64,000 nucleotides of DNA, from the NCBI GenBank assembly GCA_944326905.1, contig CALVFU010000004.1, positions 16,619-80,618 of the forward strand, given 5' to 3'. Each line of letters starts with the position of its first letter. Within the stretch, counting starts at the first letter, position 1. Position numbers and translations under genes: made by a program. The notes below the pieces were generated by a model. It was not told the origin of the DNA, ran no database searches, and saw nothing but the letters and a program-made list of their open reading frames with translations. Source of the DNA: Candidatus Gastranaerophilales bacterium. Lineage in GTDB: Bacteria > Cyanobacteriota > Vampirovibrionia > Gastranaerophilales > Gastranaerophilaceae. Of the stretch, positions 20,412-31,077 are shown piece after piece.

Positions 20412-21713
20412 TTAAAATTCTGTGACCAAGCTATTTCCAAAATCCCCTTTATATATGAGTGTTTTATATTTTTCATTCTTGTAAACGTAGATTTCAAATG
20501 ATATATCAGGATATGCAATTTTCTTATAATGCTTGCTGCCTGTATGGATTACAGTGATAATAGGAGAGATTTCATTTTGCTTGAGCGGAGCTTTGTCAAA
20601 AAATGTTTTCGTATAGCTCGCACTCAGATGCTTTTTTCTATAAATAAGAATATCCATTTTCATATTTGAAATATTGAAAGATGAAATATTTTTTATTCTG
20701 AATTTTAAAATAAATTTATCATTTTTCTTTGCTGTTTGAATTTTTGACTGTAAGAAGTCAAACTCAATATTATCACTGTTTATAATATTATTTTGATAAA
20801 AATTTTTGATAGAGCCTGCTTTGTAGGTATACAATTTAGAAGACGGGATATCTTCTCTGCTTCTGCATATATCTGCTGTTCTCATAAGTGTTTCATAGTA
20901 AAGATAGAAACTTACAAGCTGTGGTTCTTTGTTTTTTATTATCTCAAAATATTCAACTGCTTTTTGGGGGTTGATATAAGATAAAACCAAGGCAATCTTG
21001 TATTTTACAGTTAAGTTTCCAGGGGCTGATTTCTCAGCCCGTCTTAGGTATCGGTATGCTTCTCTGTAATTTTTTTTAGCGACAAAGTTGTCCGCTATTT
21101 TTACGTTTGAAGCAAGAATACCATTGTTAATATACTCTCTGATTTTAACTTTTCTTACGTTTAGTTTATTGAAATAATACTCCGCAATTTTATATTTTTT
21201 ATTAGCTAAGAGCGGATTGTTATGTTTATAGTAATAATCTGCAATTAAAATATTTGTATTACATTTAAATTTTATAAACCTTTGATTACTGCGGGTTCTG
21301 ATTGAATTTTCAACGCTTTCAGCAAATTCCGGCTTGTTATTTTCTAGATATAGTATAATCAATTTAAGATAATGCTCATATGTTGCATCGGGGGCGAGCT
21401 GTATTGCTCTTTTGTAATAAAATTCTGCTTTTTCAAAATTATCAATAGTTTGATATAATCCTCCGATATAAATATTAAATTTATAATCATCGGAGTACAT
21501 TTTCCCTAAAAATTCTTCTTGAGAAAGAATACTAGCCGTAAATTTTTTATAAAATTTGCTTTTATGTTCTTTTGTTATATACAATTTATCTTCAATTGAT
21601 AGACGGGCATTAATAATAATGCCTGTTACGGTAAAAACAGCCAGTAAAAAGGCTGTAAAAAAAGTTGTAAGGTATTTTATTTTAAAAATATCAAACTTTT
21701 TGAACTTAATCAT
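20412..21713 (-). CDS. Membrane-anchored TPR-repeat protein
   Basis: One N-terminal TM helix (YLTTFFTAFLLAVFTVTGIII), then TPR-like repeats (FEKAEFYYKRAIQLAPD...). The start was chosen at the internal Met (MIKFKK). Confidence 0.55.
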   Translation of the reverse strand: MIKFKKFDIFKIKYLTTFFTAFLLAVFTVTGIIINARLSIEDKLYITKEHKSKFYKKFTASILSQEEFLGKMYSDDYKFNIYIGGLYQTIDNFEKAEFYYKRAIQLAPDATYEHYLKLIILYLENNKPEFAESVENSIRTRSNQRFIKFKCNTNILIADYYYKHNNPLLANKKYKIAEYYFNKLNVRKVKIREYINNGILASNVKIADNFVAKKNYREAYRYLRRAEKSAPGNLTVKYKIALVLSYINPQKAVEYFEIIKNKEPQLVSFYLYYETLMRTADICRSREDIPSSKLYTYKAGSIKNFYQNNIINSDNIEFDFLQSKIQTAKKNDKFILKFRIKNISSFNISNMKMDILIYRKKHLSASYTKTFFDKAPLKQNEISPIITVIHTGSKHYKKIAYPDISFEIYVYKNEKYKTLIYKGDFGNSLVTEF

Positions 21714-22428
21714 TAACCTCCAGTATAGCTGCAGATTCAATATTACAAAAACGTTTTAAATCCTCATACAGAGATGTTAATTTGTCTTTTTTAGGAATTT
21801 CAACTGTTGCAGTAAGTTTTATTTTTTGTTCTTGAAAATTTGTATGTTTAACGGAAAAATTAACAACATCAAATTTTTTATCAAAAAATTCTCTAATTGC
21901 AGCTTCATCATTGATTGAACAGTAAAGAGTTATATTGTATCGTCTCATAGCCCTGGCCCCGGAGGGAAGAAATTCTTTTTCAAAAATCCGAATAAGTGTA
22001 AGAACGGCGACTGCAAAAATAGTAGTAGCAAGCCCAACCATAAAAAGTCCAGCACCGCAAGCCATGCCAATAGCGGCTGCAATCCATAGAGTTGCAGCGG
22101 TTGTAAGACCAAATATCATAGGACCATTACGGAGGACGGCGCCGGCACCGATAAAACCTATTCCTGAAACTATTTGTGCCGCAACCCGTCCAGTATCTCT
22201 TATTCCGTTTGCGTAATCATCTGTTAGAACGGTTGGAAAGCCATATATTGAAATTATTGTAAATATACACGCTCCCAGACATACAAGTATATGAGTTCTT
22301 AATCCTGCATACTTATTTGTTAGTTCTCGTTCTAATCCTAGAATAAAGCCATAGCAAACAGCAGCGAATATTCTTAAAATTATGTTGTAATCAAAAATAT
22401 TTTCAACTATTCCATGTCCAGACAGCAT
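21706..22428 (-). CDS. MgtC/SapB family membrane protein
   Basis: LGLERE....AGLRTHILVCLGA motif, four to five TM helices and a C-terminal soluble ACT-like domain. 240 aa. Confidence 0.8.
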   Translation of the reverse strand: MLSGHGIVENIFDYNIILRIFAAVCYGFILGLERELTNKYAGLRTHILVCLGACIFTIISIYGFPTVLTDDYANGIRDTGRVAAQIVSGIGFIGAGAVLRNGPMIFGLTTAATLWIAAAIGMACGAGLFMVGLATTIFAVAVLTLIRIFEKEFLPSGARAMRRYNITLYCSINDEAAIREFFDKKFDVVNFSVKHTNFQEQKIKLTATVEIPKKDKLTSLYEDLKRFCNIESAAILEVND

Positions 22429-22438
22429 AATAATTCCC

Positions 22439-23506
22439 TTATCTTAAATTTTCTCTCTTTCTTCCTTTTGGATCTAATATATCTCTTATTGTATCACCTA
22501 AAATATTAAATGATAATACCGCTATGAAAATCAAGCCTCCAGGAATTAAAAGCCAAGGTCGGTATAAAAGGTTTGTAAACTCTTGAGCTTCTTTAAGCAT
22601 ATTCCCCCAGCTTGCATCAGGTTGTTGGATTCCAAGTCCAAGAAAGCTTAAACCAGATTCGGAAAGAATATAAGACGGAACAGCTAAAGTAATTGCAATA
22701 ATAACATAGCTTGTGGTTTGAGGGAGGATGTGTTTTACTATTATTCTCAGCGGACTTGCTCCTATTGTTTTGGCAGCAAGAACAAAGTCTTCATTTTTGA
22801 TAGACAAAACCATTCCCCTTACAACTCGAGCAAAACCAGCCCATCCGATTAAAGCAAGAATAACTACTATTAATCCGAATCTCATTGTACTGGTCATTCC
22901 TGTTGGTAAAATGGCAGCAAGAATTATTAAAAGATAAAAAGATGGTATTGCCATTACTGCTTCGGCAAATCTCATCATAACCATGTCAACTTTTCCGCCA
23001 AAGTAACCTGATATACCACCGTAAAGCAGACCAATAGGAAAAAGAATCAGAAGGGCAAGAAAACCTACAGTCATTGATATTTGACCACCGAAAAATAAAC
23101 GAGAAAATACATCTCTTCCGTTTATATCAGTGCCTAATAGATATAAGTTTCCACCATTTTGAATTCCAAAAAGATGAAGTGAACATGGTATTAGTCCTAA
23201 AATTTTATATTCAGATCCAATAATTAATGGTTTTATAAAGTACTTTTTGCTTCTGTCTTCTTTATAGACAGTCTGCATTAATTCTTCATCATACTCCCTT
23301 ATATAGTTATAGGTATATGGAAATGATAATTTACCTGCTTCATTAATAATATACATTTTTGACGGCGGAACGTAGGCAAGGGCTCTGTTTGAATAATCTT
23401 TTGGGTATGGAGCTATAAAATCGGCAAGAAAAATTAATCCATACAAAGAAATAAGTATAATAAGAGCTGCTTTTGCAAATTTATCTTTCCATATTTCTTT
23501 TATCAT
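22439..23506 (-). CDS. ABC peptide/nickel-type transporter permease (OppC/DppC-like)
   Basis: BPD_transp_1 EAA-type loop (AAKTIGASPLRIIVKHILPQ) and an OppC-like N-terminal TM segment. Overlaps the upstream permease gene by 4 nt. Confidence 0.85.
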   Translation of the reverse strand: MIKEIWKDKFAKAALIILISLYGLIFLADFIAPYPKDYSNRALAYVPPSKMYIINEAGKLSFPYTYNYIREYDEELMQTVYKEDRSKKYFIKPLIIGSEYKILGLIPCSLHLFGIQNGGNLYLLGTDINGRDVFSRLFFGGQISMTVGFLALLILFPIGLLYGGISGYFGGKVDMVMMRFAEAVMAIPSFYLLIILAAILPTGMTSTMRFGLIVVILALIGWAGFARVVRGMVLSIKNEDFVLAAKTIGASPLRIIVKHILPQTTSYVIIAITLAVPSYILSESGLSFLGLGIQQPDASWGNMLKEAQEFTNLLYRPWLLIPGGLIFIAVLSFNILGDTIRDILDPKGRKRENLR

Positions 23507-24468
23507 GCTCTAATCCTCGGATCCGTGATGATTAATAATATATCTGCAATTAGATTACCAAGAATCAGCATGAAGGTTCCAATCATAAGAGATGCCATAA
23601 CAAGATTTATATCAGATTTCATAACCGCCTCCAGGATAAGTCTGCCAAGACCGGGATATTGAAAAACGTATTCTGTAAGAGCTGCTCCGCTTAGCAGTCC
23701 TGCAAACTCAAAACCCAGAAGAGTAATCATTGGATTTATGGCATTTCTAAGCGCGTGTTTAAATATTATTTTATTCTCCGGCAATCCTTTAGCACGGGCA
23801 TATTTTATATAATCGCTGTCAAGAACTTCAAGCGTATTAGCGCGCATTTGCCTCTGCAGTCCCGAAAGAGAAATTGTAAACAGAACAAGTGCCGGTAAAA
23901 AAATGTGTTTTGATATATCTATAACTTTTTCAATAAAATTCATTTCTGTAAAATTATAAGAGGTCAACCCCCCGGCAGGAAACCAGCCTGTTTTTACTGC
24001 AAACATTAAAAGAATTATTGCAAAAAAGAATGAAGGTATTGCCATTCCCATACTTGTAAATAATGTTAAAAGTCTATCAATATATGTTTTCTGCTTTACA
24101 GCTCCTAAAAGCCCCAGAGGAATACCCGCCATCCAAGTTGTAAAAATGACAACAAGGGTTAAGAGTAATGTGTTCGGTATTCTTTCTGCTAGTTTTACGG
24201 ATACTTTTTCTCCTGCTGCTGTATACCCCAAATCACCTTTTATAAATGATTTAGCCCATAGAAAGTACTGTATAAATATCGGCTTATCCAAACCAAGCCT
24301 TTTTTGTTCTTTTTCGAGTGTTTCTTGTGAAATTGAAGGGTTGAGTCTTAGTTCTCCAAGCGGATCAACCGGGCTTAGTCTAATTATAAAAAAACTTATT
24401 ATGGATACAAAAATAATCAATGGAATTGTTTGTATAATACGTTTTAATATGTATCCCGAAATATTCAT
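23503..24468 (-). CDS. ABC peptide/nickel-type transporter permease (OppB/DppB-like)
   Basis: ILKRIIQTIPLIIFVSIISFFII N-terminus and EAA loop (YIKYARAKGLPENKIIFKHALRNA). Confidence 0.85.
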   Translation of the reverse strand: MNISGYILKRIIQTIPLIIFVSIISFFIIRLSPVDPLGELRLNPSISQETLEKEQKRLGLDKPIFIQYFLWAKSFIKGDLGYTAAGEKVSVKLAERIPNTLLLTLVVIFTTWMAGIPLGLLGAVKQKTYIDRLLTLFTSMGMAIPSFFFAIILLMFAVKTGWFPAGGLTSYNFTEMNFIEKVIDISKHIFLPALVLFTISLSGLQRQMRANTLEVLDSDYIKYARAKGLPENKIIFKHALRNAINPMITLLGFEFAGLLSGAALTEYVFQYPGLGRLILEAVMKSDINLVMASLMIGTFMLILGNLIADILLIITDPRIRA

Positions 24469-24602
24469 TACCCGCCTCTTTTATTTAATCAAATTATAGC
24501 ATACTTTGTTGGGCATGCTATTACCAAGGTGTCATTTAATATTCGCGGACTATTATGTAATTATAGTTGCGGAGAATTCCTTATTTGATATATTATTACT
24601 GT

Positions 24603-25601
24603 ATGGAAATTCAGCTGTTAGATTGCACGTTAAGAGACGGCGGATATGTTAATGATTGGAATTTTGGTGAGGCAAATATTGAATTTATCATTGATTCCCT
24701 TGTCAATAGCGGTATAAATTATATTGAATGCGGTTTTTTAAAGCTTGAAGGAAAGTTTGGAACAAGTGTATATGATGGTATATATACGGGACAAAATCCA
24801 TTGAGTTCATATTTAGTGACTTATCCAAAACAAAAATTTACTGTTATGTATAATGCAGGTGAGTTTGAGCCTGAAAAAATACTGAAAGAAAAAATTCTTC
24901 AAAATCTTTTTATAAGAATTGCTTTTCGGAAAAATTATGTTGATAAAGCGGTAAATGATGCATATAAATTAATTGATGCGGGTGTGAATGTTTTTCTTAA
25001 CCCTATGTTTACTAATTCTTATTCTAAAGAAGAACTTGATTTATTAATAAAAAAAGTAAATGTTATACATCCATATGCTTTATGCATCACAGATTCTGCA
25101 GGCAGCCTTACAACTAAGAATTTAGCTGAACTTGTTTGTTATTTCGACACTAAGCTGGATAAAAAGATAATCCTTGGATATCATTCTCACAATAATTTAA
25201 ACCTTGCGTATAAAAATGTTTTGAATTTGATAAATTTAAGAATTTCTCGTCCGATTATTACTGACTGCTGTGTATCTGGCATGGGGCGCGGAGCTGGCAA
25301 TCTTAATACTGTAGAAATAGTGAAAAAATTTCCAAAACAATATAATTATAAGTTTGTTAAAAATTGTGCTGACAAGATTGTTTCTAAAATTTATAAGTAT
25401 TCACCATGGGGTCCTTCGTACGCTCTCTTTCAAACCGCAAAGCTTATGTGCCATCCAAGTTATGGTTTGTATTTAGAAAGTAAAAATATTAAGCAATCAA
25501 ATTATAAAAAAATTCTTTCATTAATATCAGAAGAAAAAAAATATAAGTTTGATAAAGATGCAATAAATAAAATTATTGAAGCTGCAAATGGAAAATATTA
25601 G
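24603..25601 (+). CDS. HMGL-like / DRE-TIM aldolase family protein
   Basis: N-terminal LLDCTLRDGGY signature of pyruvate carboxyltransferase/HMGL-like TIM barrels, and HSHNNL metal-site-like motif. The start was taken at MEIQLLD. Confidence 0.6.
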   Translation: MEIQLLDCTLRDGGYVNDWNFGEANIEFIIDSLVNSGINYIECGFLKLEGKFGTSVYDGIYTGQNPLSSYLVTYPKQKFTVMYNAGEFEPEKILKEKILQNLFIRIAFRKNYVDKAVNDAYKLIDAGVNVFLNPMFTNSYSKEELDLLIKKVNVIHPYALCITDSAGSLTTKNLAELVCYFDTKLDKKIILGYHSHNNLNLAYKNVLNLINLRISRPIITDCCVSGMGRGAGNLNTVEIVKKFPKQYNYKFVKNCADKIVSKIYKYSPWGPSYALFQTAKLMCHPSYGLYLESKNIKQSNYKKILSLISEEKKYKFDKDAINKIIEAANGKY

Positions 25602-26371
25602 TAATCAAGTCCTGTACTGTTAAGCATATCTTTAATTTTTAAGTATTGGTAGTTATTTCCATAATACTTGTAGAGTTCAGCAGCGATAACCAAATCATTG
25701 AGCATTTGGTAAGACTTGTCCGGCAGTTTACTGTAGCATAGTGCACGGTGGTAATAAGCATCTGCATCGTTTGATTTATACTGGATATAACTTGACAAAT
25801 CTTTAACACAATTTTTATATTTTTTAAGCCCGGAATACGCAAAGCCTCTTGTTTTAAAACCTTCTTTATAATTTTTATTAAGCTCCATGCATTTAGTTAA
25901 ATCATCTATTGTTCCTTGATAATCGTTTGAATGGAATCTTATGACTGCACGCGTATTGTATAGCAGATAATTATCAGGATTTTGATTAATTAAGTTATTA
26001 ATATTTTCCAGTTGTCCGTCAAAATTACCTTGGATTATTGCAAGCGTGATTTTCCCATGCTGTGGAGAAATGTATGTTTCATCCATAGATATAGCTTTAT
26101 TATAATCCTTTAGTGCGTCATCATATTTTCTAAGCAGTTTATACATGTTGCCGCGGTTATTGTAAAATTGTGGACTGTCAGGGTATTTTGCAATGCAAGC
26201 GTTAAGAAATTTAATTCCGCCTTCGTATCCTTCGTGTTTAATAATTTCTGAAAAATCATTTTCTATGGTAAATGGATTACATGTTAATATATCATTTCTA
26301 ACAGAAAGACCAGCATAAACTCCTAGTCCTGTTACAATTAATAAATAAATAGTAATAATAAGTTTATTCAT
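25598..26371 (-). CDS. TPR-repeat protein with N-terminal signal/anchor
   Basis: MNKLIITIYLLIVTGLGVYAG, then TPR units (YNNRGNMYKLLRKYDDALKDYNKAISMD...). Confidence 0.6.
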   Translation of the reverse strand: MNKLIITIYLLIVTGLGVYAGLSVRNDILTCNPFTIENDFSEIIKHEGYEGGIKFLNACIAKYPDSPQFYNNRGNMYKLLRKYDDALKDYNKAISMDETYISPQHGKITLAIIQGNFDGQLENINNLINQNPDNYLLYNTRAVIRFHSNDYQGTIDDLTKCMELNKNYKEGFKTRGFAYSGLKKYKNCVKDLSSYIQYKSNDADAYYHRALCYSKLPDKSYQMLNDLVIAAELYKYYGNNYQYLKIKDMLNSTGLDY

Positions 26372-26487
26372 AGAGTTAATTATACATAAATTTGGCAGAA
26401 TAGTATACTATTTAAATTACAGCACTCTTGCTATAAAGTATTTGGCAGGTATAATAATATAAAAAGATTAAACCTCAAACCACACGC

Positions 26488-26561
26488 GTGCTTGTAGCTC
26501 AGTTGGATAGAGCGTAGATCTCCGAAGTCTAAGGTCATGGGTTCGACTCCCATCAAGCACG
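26488..26561 (+). tRNA. tRNA-Arg (anticodon CCG)
   Basis: Hand-folded cloverleaf: acceptor GTGCTTG/CAAGCAC, D-arm TAGCTCAGTTGGATAGAGC, anticodon stem TAGAT/GTCTA with loop CTCCGAA, T-arm ATGGG-TTCGACT-CCCAT. Confidence 0.9.
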
Positions 26562-26605
26562 TTTTATAAGTTTTTTATTACATTCAGACGGGTGAAAGGG
26601 ATAAA

Positions 26606-27940
26606 ATGAAAAAGGTATATATTGAAACGCTTGGCTGCCAAATGAATAAATCTGATGCTGAAAGAATGCTTGGAATGCTTGAATGTCTTAATTATACTGA
26701 AACATATAATCCTAAAGAAGCGGATTTACTTATTATAAATACATGTTCAATAAGAAAATTATCTGAAGATAAGGCATATAGTGCAATTGGTGTTTGGGGA
26801 AAGTGGAAGAAAAACAGACCCGATTTAAAAATTGCTTTTTGCGGGTGTGTTGCGCAGCAAGTGCAAAAGGATTTATTTAAGCGCGCGCCCTATGTTGATT
26901 TAGTGCTTGGAACTCAAAGACTTTATGAATTGCCGGAATTGATAGAACGTGTTGAAAATGGTGAGCGTATAGTCTCATGTGATGAAACACCTTGTTCGGA
27001 ACGCGAAGAAATTAAACGAGTAAAGGGGGTGAATGCTTGGATACCGATAATGGAAGGGTGTAATAATTTCTGTACATACTGTATAGTTCCTTATACTCGC
27101 GGTCGCGAGCGCTCAAGAACTCCTGAAGCTGTTATTAATGAAGCGAAAAAAGCTTTAAATGATGGATTTAAAGAACTCACTCTTCTTGGACAAAATGTTG
27201 ATAGTTACAAATCTACTGACAGCGAAGGTAATATTGTTAATCTTTCAGAACTGCTGAGACGGTTAAATTTGCTCCCTGGTAAATTCAGAATCCGTTTTGT
27301 TACCTCTTATCCTACGGATATAACAGAAGAATTAATTGATACTGTCATTAAATTAGATAAAGTTTGTGAATATTTTCATATTCCTATGCAATCCGGCGAT
27401 AGTGACGTTTTAAAGAAAATGAACAGACGGTATGATAAAGAAACTTATGGAAAAATTTGCGCAAATATCAGAAAAAAAATTCCTGATGTAACTATAACAA
27501 GTGACTTTATTGCAGGGTTTCCTGGTGAAACGGAAGAACAATTTCAACGTACGCTTGATGCAATGTCAGAATTTGAACTGGATTATTCAAATACCGCAGC
27601 ATATTCTCCAAGAGAAAAAACTGTAGCGGCTAAGTGGATTGATAAGTATATTCCTGAAAAAGTAAAATCAGAGCGGCTTGCGCGTTTGAATGCGCATAAT
27701 CAACAGTGCTGTTTTAATTCTAATAAAAAATATATTGGAAAAATTCTTGAAGTCCTTGTTGAACGGTTTGACAGTAATAATGGAAAAATGGTCATATCAG
27801 GTCGCTCTAGAAATAATAAAATGGTGCACGCTTCTTCTGATAAGGATTTAACAGGCGAATTTGTTAATATAAAAATAATTGCAGCTCATACCTGGCATCT
27901 TGAAGGTGAAATAGTTAATTTTAATGAAACATCTAAATAA
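26606..27940 (+). CDS. miaB: tRNA-i6A37 methylthiotransferase MiaB
   Basis: UPF0004 N-domain (IETLGCQMN), radical-SAM CNNFCTYCIVP, C-terminal TRAM domain. 444 aa. Confidence 0.9.
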   Translation: MKKVYIETLGCQMNKSDAERMLGMLECLNYTETYNPKEADLLIINTCSIRKLSEDKAYSAIGVWGKWKKNRPDLKIAFCGCVAQQVQKDLFKRAPYVDLVLGTQRLYELPELIERVENGERIVSCDETPCSEREEIKRVKGVNAWIPIMEGCNNFCTYCIVPYTRGRERSRTPEAVINEAKKALNDGFKELTLLGQNVDSYKSTDSEGNIVNLSELLRRLNLLPGKFRIRFVTSYPTDITEELIDTVIKLDKVCEYFHIPMQSGDSDVLKKMNRRYDKETYGKICANIRKKIPDVTITSDFIAGFPGETEEQFQRTLDAMSEFELDYSNTAAYSPREKTVAAKWIDKYIPEKVKSERLARLNAHNQQCCFNSNKKYIGKILEVLVERFDSNNGKMVISGRSRNNKMVHASSDKDLTGEFVNIKIIAAHTWHLEGEIVNFNETSK

Positions 27941-28002
27941 GTTGTATTATTTTTGTGTTAAAATTTATAGGCTGAAAGATTTTTTTAAGAGGTTTATAAC
28001 AT

Positions 28003-29733
28003 ATGAAAATGTCAAAATTATTTGTTCAAACATTGAGAGAAAACCCATCAGATGCTGAGGTTGTTTCTCATAAACTGCTGGTAAGAGCAGGATTTATAAG
28101 GAAATTGACAAGCGGTGTTTATAACTACCTGCCGCTTATGTGGAGGGTTTTAAAAAAGATTGAGAATATAACACGGGAAGAAATGGATAGAGCAGGCGCG
28201 CAAGAACTATTAATGCCCTTTGTACAGCCTCAAGAACTTTGGGAGGAGTCCGGGCGATGGGGAGTTTACGGCGCTGAGCTTATGCGTTTAAAAGACAGAC
28301 ATGAGCGTGGAATGTGTCTTGGTCCTACACATGAAGAGGTTATTACTTCAATTGCTAGAGACGGGTTAAAGTCTTATAAGCAGCTCCCTGTAAATCTTTA
28401 TCAAATACAATCTAAGTTTAGAGATGAAATCAGACCAAGATTTGGGCTGTTGCGCGGTCGGGAATTTATAATGAAAGATGCATATAGCTTTGCAACAAAT
28501 GAAGAAGATTTGATGAAAGAGTATCAAAACATGGCACAAGCGTATAAACGCATTTTTAAACGCTGCGGGCTTGATACAAAAATGGTTCAATCTGATTCAG
28601 GGGCAATTGGCGGAAAGATAAGCCATGAATTTATGGTTATTACTGATACCGATGCCGGCGAAAATGATGTATTTTATTGTGATTCTTGTGATTATGCAGC
28701 AAATTCTAATCATGCAATATCTAAACTGCCTGCAGCAGTTGTTGACGGCGGATTTAATAAGAAAGAAGTTATTGATACTCCAAACACTCATTCAATAGAT
28801 GAATTGGCAGCTTTCCTTAAAGTTCCTGAAACCGTAATTTTAAAATCAATATTGTATATAGCAGATTCTAAGCCTGTATTGGCATTAATTAGAGCAGACA
28901 AGCAAGTCGAAGAAACAAAGCTTATGAATGCAGTAGGCGCTAATGAGATACGAATTGCAACTGCTGGTGAAATAGAAGAAATAATGAGAGAACACGGATT
29001 TGACGCTGTTGCAGGATTTATTGGTCCAAAAGGGCTTAATGATATAAATATAATTGCAGATAAAACAGTGTATGATATGAAAAATTTTGTAGTTGGAATT
29101 AATCAGACAGATAAACATCTTGTAGGGGCTAGTCTTTCTGATTTTCCGAATATTGATAAATATTATGATATAAGGCTTTGTGAAGCAGGTGATTTTTGTC
29201 CGCAGTGCGGCAAGCCGCTAAAAGTAACGCGCGGAATAGAGGTTGGAAATATATTTCAACTTGGAACAAAATACTCAGAACCGATGAATGCGGTTTATAC
29301 TGATGTAGACGGTAAAAATAAACCATTTATTATGGGGTGTTATGGCATTGGTATATCAAGGACAGCTGCTGCGGCTGTTGAGGCTCATCATGATGAACAT
29401 GGTATAGCGTGGCCGGTAGCAATTGCACCATACCATGTAGTAATTGTGCCGGTTAATATTAATGATGAACTTCAAATACAAACGGCAAACCGTTTGTATG
29501 AAGAGTTACAAAGAGCAGGTATTGAAGTAGTCCTTGATGATAGAGATGAACGGGCTGGTGTAAAATTCAAGGATGCAGATTTAATTGGCTTCCCTTATCG
29601 TATAACTGTTGGTAAGACTATAACTGAAGGTCTTGTGGAATTTAAAACGCGGCAAGGTGAAGTGATGGATAAAATCTCCCCGCAAGACGCTGTATATAGG
29701 ATTATTGCTGAAGTAAACAAAATACTTGCATAG
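28003..29733 (+). CDS. proS: Prolyl-tRNA synthetase (bacterial type with editing insertion)
   Basis: Class II motifs (FRDEIRPRFGLLRGREF, GCYGIGISR), a central INS domain and a C-terminal anticodon-binding domain. 576 aa. Confidence 0.95.
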   Translation: MKMSKLFVQTLRENPSDAEVVSHKLLVRAGFIRKLTSGVYNYLPLMWRVLKKIENITREEMDRAGAQELLMPFVQPQELWEESGRWGVYGAELMRLKDRHERGMCLGPTHEEVITSIARDGLKSYKQLPVNLYQIQSKFRDEIRPRFGLLRGREFIMKDAYSFATNEEDLMKEYQNMAQAYKRIFKRCGLDTKMVQSDSGAIGGKISHEFMVITDTDAGENDVFYCDSCDYAANSNHAISKLPAAVVDGGFNKKEVIDTPNTHSIDELAAFLKVPETVILKSILYIADSKPVLALIRADKQVEETKLMNAVGANEIRIATAGEIEEIMREHGFDAVAGFIGPKGLNDINIIADKTVYDMKNFVVGINQTDKHLVGASLSDFPNIDKYYDIRLCEAGDFCPQCGKPLKVTRGIEVGNIFQLGTKYSEPMNAVYTDVDGKNKPFIMGCYGIGISRTAAAAVEAHHDEHGIAWPVAIAPYHVVIVPVNINDELQIQTANRLYEELQRAGIEVVLDDRDERAGVKFKDADLIGFPYRITVGKTITEGLVEFKTRQGEVMDKISPQDAVYRIIAEVNKILA

Positions 29734-29804
29734 TTTAATTTACACTTTCAATTGTTTTCTTTGGTATAAAGGCAGAAAATATTTTTATATGATTTAACAA
29801 AAAA

Positions 29805-29839
29805 ATGATAGCCGTTTTCTTATAGAAAACGGCTATCAT
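29805..29839. terminator. Bidirectional intrinsic terminator between convergent proS and ftsZ
   Basis: 15-bp stem ATGATAGCCGTTTTC / GAAAACGGCTATCAT, preceded by an A-run. Confidence 0.7.
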
Positions 29840-29871
29840 ATACTTATTAATTTAATATCCCATTACCTTCA

Positions 29872-31077
29872 TTACTTTTTAAGAAAATCAGGAATTTGGA
29901 TATCAGAGAATGAAGGCATTGAAGGCATTTTTGAGCTTTGAGAAGCATTGTTTTTATTAAATGCATCTGAGAAAAATTCAGCTGCACTAATAGAACGCCC
30001 TTCAACTCGTTCTTCTATCGTGCTTTGAGATTTAAGCTCAAACCCGGTTGCAATAACTGTAATTTGAATTTCTCCTTGAATGTTATCATCAACAACCGCA
30101 CCAATAATAACCCTTGCATCATCAAGAACTGCATCATTAATTATATTAGTTGCGTCTGTAACTTCGTGGAGTGTCATATCTGGACCGCCTGTAATATTAA
30201 CTATAACGCCGCTTGCTCCATTAATGGAGGTTTCAAGCAGTTGTGAGTTGATTGCAATTTTGGCGGCTTCAATGGCTCTGCCTTCACCTGTACCTCTTCC
30301 TATACCCATAAGCGCTGAACCAGATGCTTGCATAACACTCTTAACATCGGCAAAGTCGACGTTAATGAGCCCTGGTATAGTGATGATATCAGAGATACCT
30401 TGAACACCTCTGAGCAGAACTTCATCAACTACGATAAACGATTCCTGAAGAGAAACTCGTCTGTCAACGACATCAAGAAGCTTATCATTAGGAATAACGA
30501 TGAGAGCATCAACGGATTCTTTTAACTTTTCTAACCCTTGTTGAGCTTGGTTTTGGCGTCTTTTACCTTCAAATGAGAAGGGCTTTGTAACTACTGCAAT
30601 TGTAAGTATACCAAGGTCTTTTGCAATTTTAGCAACTATAGGAGCAGCCCCGGTTCCTGTACCTCCGCCCATGCCTGCGGTAACAAAAACCATATCAGCG
30701 CCTTCGATAGCTTGAGTAATTTCTTGCTGTGCTTCTTCAGCTGCTTTCTCTCCAACTTGGGGTTCACCGCCTGCGCCGAGACCGTTAGTCAACTTAGCGC
30801 CTAATTGAATTTTATTTTTAGATTGAGAGCAATTAAGTACCTGAAGGTCAGTATTCATAAGCCAGAATTCAACGCCGGTTAATCCGCTTTTAATCATTCT
30901 ATTAACAGCATTACCGCCGCCTCCGCCGACACCGATAACTTTAATTTTTGCCGGGCTGATACCTGGTGCTGAAGTTGTACTGTATTCAGGAGCATTAGCA
31001 GTGCTCATACTGTAAGAATTATTTTGTGTGCTCACATTATCTTTTCTTCCGAAAATATCTGGTCCTAAATTGTCCAC
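29872..31077 (-). CDS. ftsZ: Cell division protein FtsZ
   Basis: [13 protein letters not shown] and [12 protein letters not shown] tubulin signatures. GTG start with an AAGGGG RBS. About 45-aa N-terminal extension as in cyanobacterial FtsZ. Confidence 0.95.
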   Translation of the reverse strand: MDNLGPDIFGRKDNVSTQNNSYSMSTANAPEYSTTSAPGISPAKIKVIGVGGGGGNAVNRMIKSGLTGVEFWLMNTDLQVLNCSQSKNKIQLGAKLTNGLGAGGEPQVGEKAAEEAQQEITQAIEGADMVFVTAGMGGGTGTGAAPIVAKIAKDLGILTIAVVTKPFSFEGKRRQNQAQQGLEKLKESVDALIVIPNDKLLDVVDRRVSLQESFIVVDEVLLRGVQGISDIITIPGLINVDFADVKSVMQASGSALMGIGRGTGEGRAIEAAKIAINSQLLETSINGASGVIVNITGGPDMTLHEVTDATNIINDAVLDDARVIIGAVVDDNIQGEIQITVIATGFELKSQSTIEERVEGRSISAAEFFSDAFNKNNASQSSKMPSMPSFSDIQIPDFLKK

